Of a stretch of DNA of 64,000 bases, positions 36,976-49,696 are shown in pieces. The position numbers and the translations under genes are program-made. This stretch comes from Epiperipatus broadwayi (Eukaryota; Animalia; Onychophora), in contig JAQFVV010000005.1 of the NCBI GenBank assembly GCA_028023455.1, positions 21,638,001 to 21,702,000 of the forward strand. Reading direction: 5' to 3'. Every line of letters starts with the position of its first letter. The stretch's first letter is position 1. Under the pieces are notes generated by a model. It saw nothing but the letters and a program-made list of their open reading frames with translations, did no database searches and was not told the origin of the DNA.

Positions 36976-38742
36976 ATCAACCTTATATTACAATTAACAG
37001 AAAGTGCAACATAAATACTAGTTATATATATATAACTTAACACATTAATGTGCTGTGCATACAAAATGTGAACATCAAAGGAACACCAGGCTATTATGAA
37101 AGAAGAATCTTCAAAGACTAATACTGAGAATCTCGTTGAGAAATGCTCTAACTTAGCATTAGATTCTGTTACATATACATATTATAAGGGTGTTCAAACA
37201 TAATCAAGAATTTGTTTCTAAAAAGTTAATCGATAATTTTATTTACTATGTTGATTATAATCTTGCTGGCTGCTAAAGACTTGTGCCTATATTCTGGGAA
37301 TTCTTGATGCTTCAAAGAACAACTTCGGTTTAGACTTCACTTACCATCTCCTAACTCCATATTCCAAACATATGGGATCAAATGTGAACAATACATGGAT
37401 GAGTTAGCTTTAATAAAGCACATGTCAAGGAAAGACATTAAGAAAAGCAAAAAGAAAAAAAACTAAATAAACTTATCCTTGTTTTGAGTCAGAGGAGTTA
37501 AATAATTTTTTTTTTGAACCATTATAAAACTCCATATGAAAAATGATCTATGAACTCTCAGACACAATAACCATAATCTTCATCAATGAAATTTTTTGGT
37601 AGTGGAAAAAATAAAACCTTTGAAAGAATATCATATATATTTGCCAATCTGCAAGCTTTTTTGGGTTTTGCCCACTCTAACATTTCTTTATAGCAACCAT
37701 TGAATCATGACCTCTTGAGGGATTGCTGAAAAAATTTTGAGGATTGTGAAAACTTATGAGTCACAATAGAAAAAGTTTTTTGTTTTTTTTTTTAAAAAAA
37801 AAAGTTAAAATATAATAAAACAAACGACACATTTATGTCTCATCATAAAACAAAATAAATATGGAATTACTGGATGAAATTCACAGAATGAAAAATAAAA
37901 TTATTTCCTAAATTGTATTTATTATCATTTCTAAGTAGTCAAAGTTTTAGGAGGTCGTTTAGATACCACTGACATAGGAAACAAATTATTATAGGCTGCA
38001 AGTTTAAACACATAGCATTCAAATCAATTTATGCATGAAAATAAATTCTCACTTATATTTAAACATCTATACGTATATATATATAGTTTAAAATTTGCCA
38101 AATAGCAGTTTATACTATTCATTCCAATTTTGTATATATTTTTTGATAACATATTCATTTAAATTACTCCTTGTTTTGTATGAAAATAAAAATAAAGTTT
38201 ATATATATACATATGTAAAACTTGATAATAGTTTTCTGTATTTAATTTCTGTTATATAAGTATAATAGTGTTAATTACTTAGTCAAAACTATTTTGCTTA
38301 ACTGAAACAGAGATATTGAGATTATTTGTAGCTTATTTTGAAACTTATATGATCTGGAGGTAATTATAAAATGCTAATGGTGTGGAGATTATTTATGAAA
38401 GTTGTATGTGGAAATTAGCAATGAATGAAAAGCTAAAGTAAAAAGAATTGACTGGAGATTTTTTTTATGAAAATTCTATAATTTGTGACTATGGTGTAGA
38501 TAAAGACAATACAGCATAACTTTAATACATATCTATCATAAGATTCCTCAGCAAATGATGAAATCAAGATGTTGGACAAAATATGTTTGTCCATATATAC
38601 TATGAAAACGTTTTGCCCAAAAAAAACACACACTCTCACCTGCCCTAAGAAGGGGGTCTTAAACTTCATTTTCATCCAGAGGCACAAACTCTGAGATACT
38701 TGCACAAACCATTCCTGCAAAAACTCTGAGAAGAACGATTCC

Positions 38743-40411
38743 TGCATATTTGGAAAGAAAGCTGATCCTGCAATTATTCTACTTAGAATGAACACTAAAT
38801 TTACCGCAAGGATATTTTCTCATACCATGGTTTGCTAAGCTTTTCACCAGGACAGTTTCATGCTCTCCATTAACTGCCTGTAATGCCATAAGAACCAACT
38901 ACAAAGAAACCACTGACTGACTCGCCCAAGCCTACCATCAGTGAATCCAGATCAACGGACCACACTCAATAAGCCTAATGGTACCTTACATTCTACAATT
39001 TAACTAATTTTATTATCTTAAATTTGTCTTCTTTTTAAATATACGTGTGTTTCAAGTTTTTATTTTATTTTGTGTAATTCGATAATTTACAATCTGACAT
39101 CCTTTGTTATACCATCTAATGCCAAACTTAACCATCCTAATATGTCGGAATGTTGCTGGTCAAACATACATCTTCAATGCTGCCTAAATAATGCTGCTGA
39201 AGCCCATCAAATCCATATACTTAAGAATGAACTGAAGCTGCTCAAGAAATCCATTAAACTCTTCGAAAAGTGCACATGAACTGTTCTTAAAAGCTGAGAT
39301 AATATAAAAATTAACCAGAGATATCTCGTAAATAATTCTAATCTGTAGCTACTCTTTTATTGTATTTATTTCATCTTTTAATGCATGTTTAATTCCTACT
39401 TGGGTTAATATTTTCTTTATATATTTGTTTAATGTCTCATTTTATTCTTTATTATAATGTGCTTGAATGAACCCCACTGATCAATCCAACTATTCCCTTT
39501 TATAATACTATTTTATAAACTGCCATTTTGATGCGGACTTAAATGTTAAATTACCCCTCTTATTATTTGTTTTAAAAATCTCAATGGCTCATTTGTGCGA
39601 GGGTTTATTCTCTATAAATGTTTTCGCTGAGAACGAAAGTACTATCCAACATGGTGCTCTGTTATTTGATCATCCACAACCCCTGTGTTTTGCTTGTCAT
39701 TAATTAATCACCCATTTCCCTGTATTCCAATAGATACTTTAAAAAATCTATATTTAGATATTTCCACAACATTTTGATTTATATTTATGTGTATTATTGT
39801 CCAATGTGTGTTTTATTTGGCTCGGGCATTTAGGTAATTACCTCAAGAATTTTCAATTTGTTATAGTGCGACACGAGCATTATATACATGTAAACTTTTG
39901 TCAGCTCTGGTCATATTATAAGTATATGTGTGCTAATTTCTGTAAACTAGAAAGATAATTCCCAAATAAAATAGCATTAACATATATGTATCATTTTGAA
40001 TAGAATATAACCTTGAAATATAATGTATATGATTGTTTAATTACTGATGGATGACTGGAGTCAAATGAAATAATTAATTGAATGTCCCTGGGGGAGGCTA
40101 ACAATGTAGATGCTGCCACTGATGGCATGGTGCTTTGGAATAACATTAATAAACTGGGTTGTTTCCAAATATAAATGTCACTATCAGGTTCAAATTAGTC
40201 AATTTATTTATTTCAAATATCAAATTTTGTATGTAATGTGATTTGGACCAAGTGAGGGATATGGAAATATGTAACTATATATTTGTGCATTTATCAAAGA
40301 TTATTGTAGCCACTCTGATGTAACCATGGTATGAGAAAATATCCTTGCAGTAAGTTTAGTGTTCATTCTAAGTAGAATAATTGCAGGATCAGCTTTCTTT
40401 CTGAATATGCA
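38743..40411. mobile_element. Family F: 90-bp inverted repeats (38743-38832 / 40322-40411) enclosing about 1.5 kb, each abutting a decayed hammerhead
   Basis: 86/90 identity by eye. Minus strand at 38850-38818 reads CTGGTGA AAAGCTTAGC AAAC CATG GTA TGAG; plus strand at 40315 reads CTGATG TAAC CATG GTA TGAG. Confidence 0.65.
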
Positions 40412-40414
40412 CCA

Positions 40415-42039
40415 ACTAGACTCAGGGAGGCAGCAAGAGATCTTAAATATTGTTCAGACAATTGAGAAAATAAAAGCACTAAGACAAACATCAGCAAAAT
40501 TAAGTTTAAACTAATGTAAAATTTTTATTAAATTCAATAAACAAACTAAAGTAAATCTAGCAAACAGAATACGAATGTTTGACCTAGATCAAAGTGTATA
40601 TGAGTTGCAAATATTAAAACATTAAATGCCCTAGCAGAAAGATTCGTTCTCTCGCCTACAATTTAAAAGGGAATTGATAGTATCTTCCTGCTGGTGATTT
40701 ATAAAAGGACAACAATTCTAGTTTCCTAATTCAGAGATATATATATAAAAAAAAAAACAATACGGTCTTGTAGGAAATCAACAAAACAGCACCATCGAGC
40801 ATTTCTTGGCCCGGAATAATGCATCGAAACCAAAAATGTCATTTTGCCGGTAGGACAGCTCATGATGTACCATGTTTAAGGCAATTCAAGGTTGATTTCA
40901 CATACAAGACAAAAAAACTTGAAGAATGATTACAAAAAACAAAACAAGTTTTTAAAAGATTTGGTGTATGTTATAATTATTTTTTAAAAGTATTTTGACC
41001 ACTTTTAATAAAGAATCTAAGGTGAAAGAGTTTATTTTTATTTATTTTCAATCTTATGTAATCTAGAAAAGAAAAAACGAAATCTCCAACTACAGAAAAA
41101 CTAGAATAACAAAACACAACAAACCGTCAGTCAAAAGATTTGCAGTTGGCAAGAAGCGCAAACCTATTAACTTAAATTATTGGCTGATAAAATTTAATAA
41201 TGTAATGGTCACTCAATCTACCCTTGATCACAGAGGGCGCCACCAGATCACTGTGTATAGCAAGGAAAATAGTTTACTGTTTAAGGCTCGAACGGGATCT
41301 TTAGCAACAAGAAAATATACACATAAATGGAGAAATATGGGTGATTTAGTCTGCAAGCTGTGTAAGGAAAATATAGAAAAATATTAGGCATCTGTTAATT
41401 GAATGTAAATGCCTGAAAGCAGAAAGGATACAAATAATGAAGTTGTGGAAGAATAAATATGAACAAAGTGATTATACAGAAAGTGGCTTATTGGTTTTTA
41501 TGCTGGGTTTGGGGAAAGATAAGGGGGTTTTAGATCTAAACGCCATGGAGTTGACAAAGATTATGTTGTGGAAATGGGATGAAGCAGGGTAGAAAAGAAT
41601 ATGGGAAAACTTGAGATGGGAATGGAAAGGGGTTCAAAGTGGCTAACAGGTTTCTCTGGGCATAGTTGCTGAGAGATTCCCGACTCTGTATAAGAAGTCA
41701 TGTTTACCATGATCAAGTGGATAGTGATGATGGTTTGCACTGACTAGACCCAGGGAGACAGCAAGAGATCTTAACTATTGTTCAGACAATTGAGAAAATA
41801 AAAGCACCGAGACAAAAGTCACCAAAATTAAGTTTAAACTAATTTAAAATTTTTATTAAATTCTCTTCTTGAAAGCGCTCAGCCATTTAATTTAGTTTTC
41901 TATTTGTTGACAGCTTTACATTGGAAGTGTGATAGCACGATTTAATATCATATTGAAGACAAACGTAAAGTATAAATCTACATGTTATTAAACAAACTAA
42001 AGTAAATCTAGCAAACAGAATACAAAAGTTGACCTAGAT
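40415..42039. repeat. Pair of about 175-bp direct repeats (40415-40589; 41743-42039, the second with an about 130-bp insertion)
   Basis: Shared CAGCAAGAGATCTTAA.TATTGTTCAGACAATTGAGAAAATAAAAGCAC and AAACAAACTAAAGTAAATCTAGCAAACAGAATAC blocks. Confidence 0.75.
41205..41690 (+). mobile_element. Non-LTR retrotransposon 3' fragment with CCHC zinc-finger remnant
   Basis: ORF SLLFKARTGSLATRKY...VCKLCKENIE, then frameshifted IRHLLIEC. Same family as 29870-30570. Confidence 0.7.
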
Positions 42040-42744
42040 TTTTATAAGCGTATTCATCAGAGAATGTATATGAGTAGTGTACATATTATAAATGAAACAC
42101 ATACCATAAATTAATCAATTTACATCACTAACTCATTTCTCTTTTATCCAATTTCATAAAAATCATTTCATTAATTTCAATCTTCTAAATAAAAAACAAT
42201 CTTTTTCTTTGTTTCTCCCTCCTCAATATTCTATACTTTAAAAACAAATGTCCCAATAGTTTACCTTCTATTTCAACATAAAAAACAGGTAGAGTTGGAA
42301 TCCTATTTTATTTTTATCTCCTTTCCTTGATATCTAAAGCTTTTTCTAAGTGTTTATATTCTTTTAAATATTTTTATATAATTACAAACTAATTTTTTAT
42401 TCATGTTCGTTTTCCATAACTTTTTTCCCCTCATTAATTTACTTTTTCTCATCCCTTTACCTGTAATATGTTTTCTACATATTTACATTTCTTATGTAAA
42501 TATATACAAATTCTCTACATATTAACTGTGCCCAATGTAAAAATTTTCTTACTCGATGTATTAATTGGCCTCTTATATTGCAATTTACTAATCTATTTTC
42601 CATTTAACCAGAATCTTCCAAATATTTCCGATTTGTTTTTAATTTTTCTCATTAAAAAACAAACTACCTTATTACCCTTTGAATAGCTTCGTGCTACTTA
42701 ACACTGTATAGAAACAATATTTGTTTTCACTACAATCTTAGATA

Positions 42745-42946
42745 GCCAGTGAATGAGTTCAATGGTGAGCGTTCAGAGATCCTAGATTGAATGCAATTGA
42801 GAAAAGCAAGAAATATATTTTTTAATTTGACCGAATGAATAAAAAAAAATTTTCTCGTGTCATAGCATCAGCCGGGAAGCGAACCTGCTAACCCGGGACA
42901 ACTACTTGTAAAAAAGCTGTCACTGACCTCTCGACCACCAATGCTT
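42745..42946 (-). mobile_element. tRNA-derived SINE
   Basis: Minus strand has A-box-like TGGTGGTCGAGAGG and B-box-like GGTTCGCTTCC, then GATGCTATGACA shared with the 46171 and 53663 copies. Confidence 0.65.
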
Positions 42947-44924
42947 ACCTAATTACACGAGTTATATAGCTGGATCATGCAGGAATAAACGCATGATAGT
43001 AATACAGCTGAAACTTGGATATTCATTTTATGAATATTTGATTTTTCAGACAGAAAGAACTACATATATCTCTTCAGTGACCACTATGTCATTACAGCTA
43101 ATAGTTAGATAAATAAGGCTTAAATCTTAGATTTTATATGACCTAAATTCACTTATCCACGTAGTATCAAATACTAGCATACATAAAATTGCAAGTCTAT
43201 AGACAGTTTGTGGATTACTTTCAAAAGAGTCACATCATACTGATGATAGATATTACCAACAGAAAATGATACAGAAAAAATGCTGCTCCCTGAAGATGCC
43301 ATGTTGCCTATATCTTGATGGAAATAATAGTGATGATGCAATTCTGGTTTTTCTGGCAATAACTTTTCCTCCTCGTCCAATATTCAAATCATGTTGCTAT
43401 GATTTCTCTACACTAAATATTGTAGCAACTGGAATAACTTTATAAAAATGAAACCTTTTAAGGAAAGAATCAATCTATAAGCAGTTAGCTCTAACAGAAT
43501 AGAATTGAATCAATATTTCTTTCTGTTTGTAATCCGCCAGATCTGTAGTCTATCCTTCCAAATATTATAATTTAGCTTTGTCAATTCATGCTTCATGAAT
43601 ATGTCACAGTAGCAATGCAATTTTGTGCTGGCTCTAGCATCTTGCATGATCTTTGAGTCTTACAGAATACATCCTATAGTTCTTATCACAAATGTAATCA
43701 AAATACAAGTACAAATAACTTAAGAGATAAGCTGAACTATCAAAAATTAACAGCAGTAAATGAATGTAACAAAACATCTAAAAGTTGAAAACCTACAATG
43801 TACTATTTGAACTATCATGTTTCTCCAAAGTATATATTTCATTTGCATTCATTAGGAGTAATCTCTCTCCAATCAACCCATCTCTGTAAACATAAATACC
43901 AAATAAGTAGTGCTAAATTGATTCTCCAGACTCGACTTTTGTTACTGATCTTTAGTGGAGAGTGCTACATTTGCACTGAGTCATCTTGTTTCAAACTATA
44001 GGACTTAAATTCCCACTGAGATATAAGTTCTTTTCCCAATAGGTCCATGTGTCACAATTGGCTTATTTTTGAGGTCACTAAAATATTGTTAACCTTGCTT
44101 AGATCATAGCTAGACTAGGAAGTTGGCTAGTATTCTGAACTAAAAAATATTTATAAAAGTTCCAAGTTTGAAGATACAACGAGTAAAAGATGGCAATTAG
44201 ATGACTGATACAAAAACAGCATATCTTACTAAAGAAGGCAACAGGCAGAAATTAAGCTGAATGTTTAGCACTACTGTCTGATATCCATTCAATTACTCGT
44301 TCTTACATAGATGAATTTAGAGTAAAGAGAAATTGGAAATATGATAGTCAAAATATATATTTAAACAGCTTTCTAAAAGTGTTTTCCAAATCATTAACTT
44401 TCAATGGACAAACGACTATATTATTATGGCATACCAACTACTACAGAACTAATTCTAAAAAAAAAAAAAATACAGGCAGACTAATGACATAAATCTTATT
44501 TATTTATTTAATATAAATGTTTCTGCAATACAAGAAAACAAAAAGTAGTTACAGAGAAGGGAGGATAATTTTCAGCTAATTAATACTTATCAGAATGCCA
44601 ATGCAGGTGGGGAAATTTTTTATATAAAGATTTAAAAAAAAACAGATTTTTTCACTTATTTACAAATTAAATAATGGAAAATACATTGTATTGAAGCCAA
44701 TAGGTGTTGTAATTGTGTATACAATTTTATATGGAACAAAATTTTGATAGAACTGCAGTAATAACATACTTTTTCATAAATAAAAAAAAATTCAAATTTA
44801 CAAATTTTTAATAAATTATTTTGTATATTTTATATTTACTATGCTATCAAGGACTTTCTTTGATACCCCCCCCCCCCAATTCATTTCCAATAATATATGA
44901 TTAATTTAATAAAAGAAACTCTTA

Positions 44925-45990
44925 AAACTGTGTCAAACTCGATACAATGGTGCTACCCAGTGTAAGCCATAATAATCATGGATTCAAGAAGGTTTGTGCA
45001 TAAATCTCTATCTAGTGCCTACTCATCCAATATCCCCAGACTAGTTTCTAGTTTGTGGCTTTCATTAGTGTGGAGTTCTTGGATCTGAGATCTATGCATC
45101 TAAATCTTAGGATCTAATGCAATCCTCCAGCAGCCACCTTTTTAATTAACTACAAAACTACAAGTCCAAAATGGAAACAGTTGTCAATTCAAGCTCATTC
45201 GCTTATATTGACATATAGATCTGAACCCAGTTAAGTAGCTATACATTTTGTAGGTTTGGGTTCTTTAATAATCATAGTCACTATCATCCCACGGGCAGGA
45301 ATAGTATTAAACCACTAAACAACACATTATCATTTCCTATGCTTAAGCTATTAAAACAGTGACAAACTCCATATAGTTTGAAAACATCTGTTTTCATTTT
45401 GGACTCACAGCTTTACAGTTAACTAAAAAATGGCTGTTGGAGAGTTGCATTAGATCTTAAAATCTAAGTGAAATACTCTCAAATCCACGGCTCCTCATTG
45501 ATAAAAGCCACAAGCTAGAAACTAATCTGGGACTACTGGATGAGTAGGCACTAGATAGAATTTTATGCACAAATCTTATTGCATCCATTGATTATTATGG
45601 TTTTCACTGGGTGGCATTACTATATAGGGAGTTTATCAATGTTTTAATAGCTTATATAAGCATAGGAAATGGTGTTAATATGACTATATAAGCTATTGAG
45701 CTTAGATTGAAAATATTGTTTTCAATTTCATTCTTAGTTTTGTAGTAGAGTAGAGTTAAAAGGTGGCTGCTGGAGGGTTGCATTAGATCCTAAGATCTAG
45801 GTGCAGTGCTCTCAGATCCAAGGCTCCTCACTGATGATGGCCACAAGCCAGAAACTAGTCAGGATATTGGATGAGTAGGTACTAGATAGGGATTTTATGC
45901 ACAAGCCTTCTGGCATCCATTGATTACTCTGTTTAGCACAGGTGGCAATACTGTATGGAGAGTTTTGCTATGTTTATCAACAATGTAAAT
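44925..45990. mobile_element. Family A cluster: one minus copy and two tandem plus copies (cores 333 nt apart)
   Basis: Cores: 45034-45073 (minus, CTAATGA mutated), 45498 (plus, TTGATAA mutated), 45831 (plus, CTGATGA intact). Confidence 0.85.
45826..45864 (+). ncRNA. Hammerhead ribozyme motif, family A (perfect stem II, damaged stem I)
   Basis: CCTCA CTGATGA TGGC CACAA GCCA GAAAC TA GTC AGGA. Confidence 0.6.
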
Positions 45991-46170
45991 AGTTAAAGAG
46001 GACACAACTTTAACAAAAACCCAAGTCAAATTGTTTTAGCTGTTAATTTTATTTGAGTTTTAGGGAAGAAATATAATTATAGATATGTCTTAGGAGGCAA
46101 TTGATAAGAATATTTTATCAATATAAAAATTGTTATATATATATATTATGAAAAGAACTAATTTCTGTCA

Positions 46171-46283
46171 AGCGTTGTTAGCCGAGGTCAGCGCTGCCGT
46201 TTTGCAAGCAAGCAGTTAGTTGCAGACGGTTGTTGCGGTTCGCCTCCCAGCGGATGCTATGACATATGAAAAAAAAAAAAAAA
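46171..46283 (+). mobile_element. tRNA-derived SINE with poly(A) tail
   Basis: TGTTAGCCGAGG A-box-like and GGTTCGCCTCC B-box-like motifs, GATGCTATGACATATG plus an A-run. CpG-rich, so probably young. Confidence 0.7.
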
Positions 46284-46502
46284 ATTTCTGAAAATATCAG
46301 TAATGACTGGATTTCCCCCAAAAAAACTTGAATCTTGCTTTTTTTGTTGTTTATAATTTAAAATGTAATCTATGTATATCTAATAAAAAATTGAATACTG
46401 CATGTGTTTCATACTTACACTGGAATAACAATGTACAAAATTTCAGGCATTTTAAATCAACATACAATAGAAATTGCAAATTATATCATATGATTATAAG
46501 TT

Positions 46503-46636
46503 AAACCACAAAACATCTCGATTCCCATCTCTTATACTAGCACATAATTGTTATTATGCACAAGCCTTCTGGCATCCATTGATTACTCTGGTTGGCACAG
46601 GGTGGCACTACTGTATGGAGAGTTTTGCCTTGTTTA
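46503..46636. mobile_element. Family A inverted fragment
   Basis: Exact 13-bp TSD ATGATTATAAGTT (46490-46502 / 46637-46649). Confidence 0.85.
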
Positions 46637-47499
46637 ATGATTATAAGTTTAGACTACATGACAATTTTGAGAAATGAGCAAATCTGTTTGGAATTTTATT
46701 TACATTTGACCACTAAAAGATGAAAAGCCTGTTATTATAGTTTTCAGTGCTAAATTAAAGACTATTTAGTAAATGTAATTATTTTCCAGTTACACTCCCA
46801 ATAAACAAATGACAATATACATTGGTGCAGTTTGACAAAGCCATAAACTGGGATTGGAAATCTTGATTTCGCGCAGCTGAAAATTCACCCGTAATTCACA
46901 ATTCTCTTCAAGTAGCTATCCCAAAATTGAAATAGAGCCAACTATTCAAATCCGTTAGTAAATGGATATCTAATCTAGCCAGGTGAAAAGATGATAAAAT
47001 ATAAAATAATTCACTAACCAGGAGTTAATTAACCTGGATAATAATACCTATTGATCCATTATTCACTAGTTGTGAAACAAATAGCAGAGGGATTAACCTT
47101 GCAATATGCTATTGGTAGATTATTTATATAGACACATTCTTGCATACAAAGCAGATTAAAATTATGAATTTAATAAAATGTTTCCAATGCTTGAAATGCA
47201 AAATTAATGATTTGTTCATCATTAGTCCTTCAAATTTTATTATACTTCATAAACACTCATCAAATCAGATAGAACATTAGTGCCATTTATCCACATAATA
47301 TAAAATATTGATGACAGATTCATAACCTATTTTGAACTGTAAGCTACTGCTTCATTAGTTCCATCAAAACATTTTACAAATTCAGTAATGATTACAGCTA
47401 TTATATTTACAACAATCTTTTATTGTAGAAAGTAAACATTATTTTAACCTCGAACTGTATTTTAAATAATTCTTATATACATCATTTTCAACCATTATC

Positions 47500-47735
47500 A
47501 ATCCATTGTTAAGTGAAGATTTCTCCAAGTTTGATCCGGTTTCTTTGATTTATATTATCTCTTATTTCTATCACTCCAGTAAACTTCTTTATCTCATCCA
47601 TCCACCTCATATATGATTTCTTTTTATTTTTATAATCTCTTGGAATCCAATTTAAGACTTCAATTATCCATTTGATACAATCAATTTCTAATGATAGTCC
47701 AAAACCCATCTCTATTTCAGCTCAATTCTTTCAAT
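47500..47735 (-). mobile_element. RTE-clade LINE 3' fragment
   Basis: ORF KWIIEVLNWIPRDYKNKKKSYMRWMDEIKKFTG...LGE matches the RTE C-terminal W.PR...R..GRP..RW.D.I pattern. Confidence 0.7.
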
Positions 47736-47751
47736 AATGTCAGTAATACCT

Positions 47752-47912
47752 CACATGATCACTATCTCTTATACTAGGACATAATTGTTATTAAACAAGG
47801 CAAAACTCTCCATACAGTAGTGCCACCCTGTGCCAACCAGAGTAAGCCTTCTGGCATCCACTGATTACTCTGGTTGGCACAGGGTGGTACTACTGTATGG
47901 AGAGTTTTGCCT
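47752..47912. mobile_element. Family A fold-back (about 51-bp arms, about 20-nt loop)
   Basis: Exact 14-bp TSD TGTCAGTAATACCT (47738-47751 / 47913-47926). Confidence 0.88.
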
Positions 47913-49696
47913 TGTCAGTAATACCTGTTTGTTCTCTCACCCATGTATTTTATTTTCAATCTCTTCTTTAATTCCTAACATGCATCTCTCTATATTTCAT
48001 TATGGAATATGAAGACTTTGTATTCCTCTTTTGTTAAGCCATTCAAGTCTCATATCCATATAAAAACTGGTAAAAGATATCTATTAAAAAAACATTTTCC
48101 AAACACATAAGTATATTTCCTTTGAATATTAAACTCCAACATACACATGCAAGAAAATTGAAAGTTTTCTTTTATTTTTTAATATTACATATTTTTTCAA
48201 ACACTCACCTACCTAAATGAAACATTAGCGACATTTATTTCCATAAAATGAAAGTGATATTACTAACCTACATTAACTGATTGTAAAGATTAATATAAGA
48301 TTTTTTTAAAAAGAAAAACAACGAATCATACACTGGTATTTGTATTTCTTATCGATATGAAATGAGTACATAGTAATAAATTCCAAACTTTAAAACAGAT
48401 GACTTTATATAAGAAATTTTCGGTAAAAATACTTTTGTTATATGATTTTACACATAGTTGTTTCAGCAGAAGCTTCATAAATTGAAAGCTCACAAAATAA
48501 AACTTTTTCACAATGCAGCAGCTTATATTAAAATGTAAATTTTAAAATATGAAAGTCAATTCCAATATTTTATTCAAATATATCACTTATAATTTAAATA
48601 TGAAGTTAAAAATTATCAAAAGTGAATGAAATGTAGTAATCGTCTATCATTTAAAAATAAAATAATTCTCGAAGCGATCATTAGAACTTACAGTAGAAAA
48701 TACTAATTCATTGAAAGCAAAGCAAGGACTATCTTTAAAATTCTAAAGATTCAAAAAAAAAATACACATAAAAATTTAAATTTAGCCAGGTAAAATAAAC
48801 TCATGATAGCTGAGAGCAAGTATATTCCAAAATAAATTTTTAATTTTGATGCCCACACAAACTAACAGAAAAAAAAAAAGTTTCCAGTTTTAAGCAATAT
48901 AAGATTGCGTAACTTTGTTTAGATAGAATACAGAAATGAAAAATTATATTATTTTTACTTTGTAAAAAGTGAAAATCTCATTATAATTATCTGGAAATCT
49001 AATATATATAAAACATTTCACTATGTTAAAGGAAACGTTCTACCTTTTTGAAGATAAAATTATTAATGCCAAAATTATGAATAAACAAAAAAAAAGTCTA
49101 AATGACTTTTGTTCTTAAAACTGAACGTACTAACTGCATTTTTTAATTCATAACTTCTCATTTTTTTCCTACATAAAACTTTAATCTACAATTTCATTTT
49201 TTTCTTTGTTTTAAAATAAATAAGATATAGCAAATTGTTATAAATCAATCTTTCCTACTTACATATAACATGCTATTTGGAACAGAAATAGTCATGTGAT
49301 GTTGTGTATCACGCTAGCCAAAAGTATCTACAGTTATTCTTGAACTAAAGCCACTAAAATATACAATTACAACATCAAGTCTGATCCATATAATTATACA
49401 AACAAGTTGGTTTGGAATCAAAACTTTAAAGTATTTTTGAATTTCAGAAGCTATTGTCTTGAAAATAATAAAAAAAAAAAAGTAAAAGGCTGCTTCTGGA
49501 TGAAAAATGCATTATCCACAAAATCAAGCTACATTACATCCTAACTCCTTACTAATCTGGTGAAGTAGATAAGCAACTATTCAATCTGATATCCAAGGTT
49601 ATAACAGCTGATTCTGAAGAATTGCTTCAAATGACATAGTAAAATATTAACGTCTATATATTGTTTAAATGAATTCTTGTACTACCAAACCAATTA

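Noticed and set aside
1928-47912. Interpretation of family A as a MITE or as CRISPR-like repeats
   Set aside because: Inversion breakpoints and TSD lengths vary between copies, there is no regular repeat-spacer period, and the context is eukaryotic.
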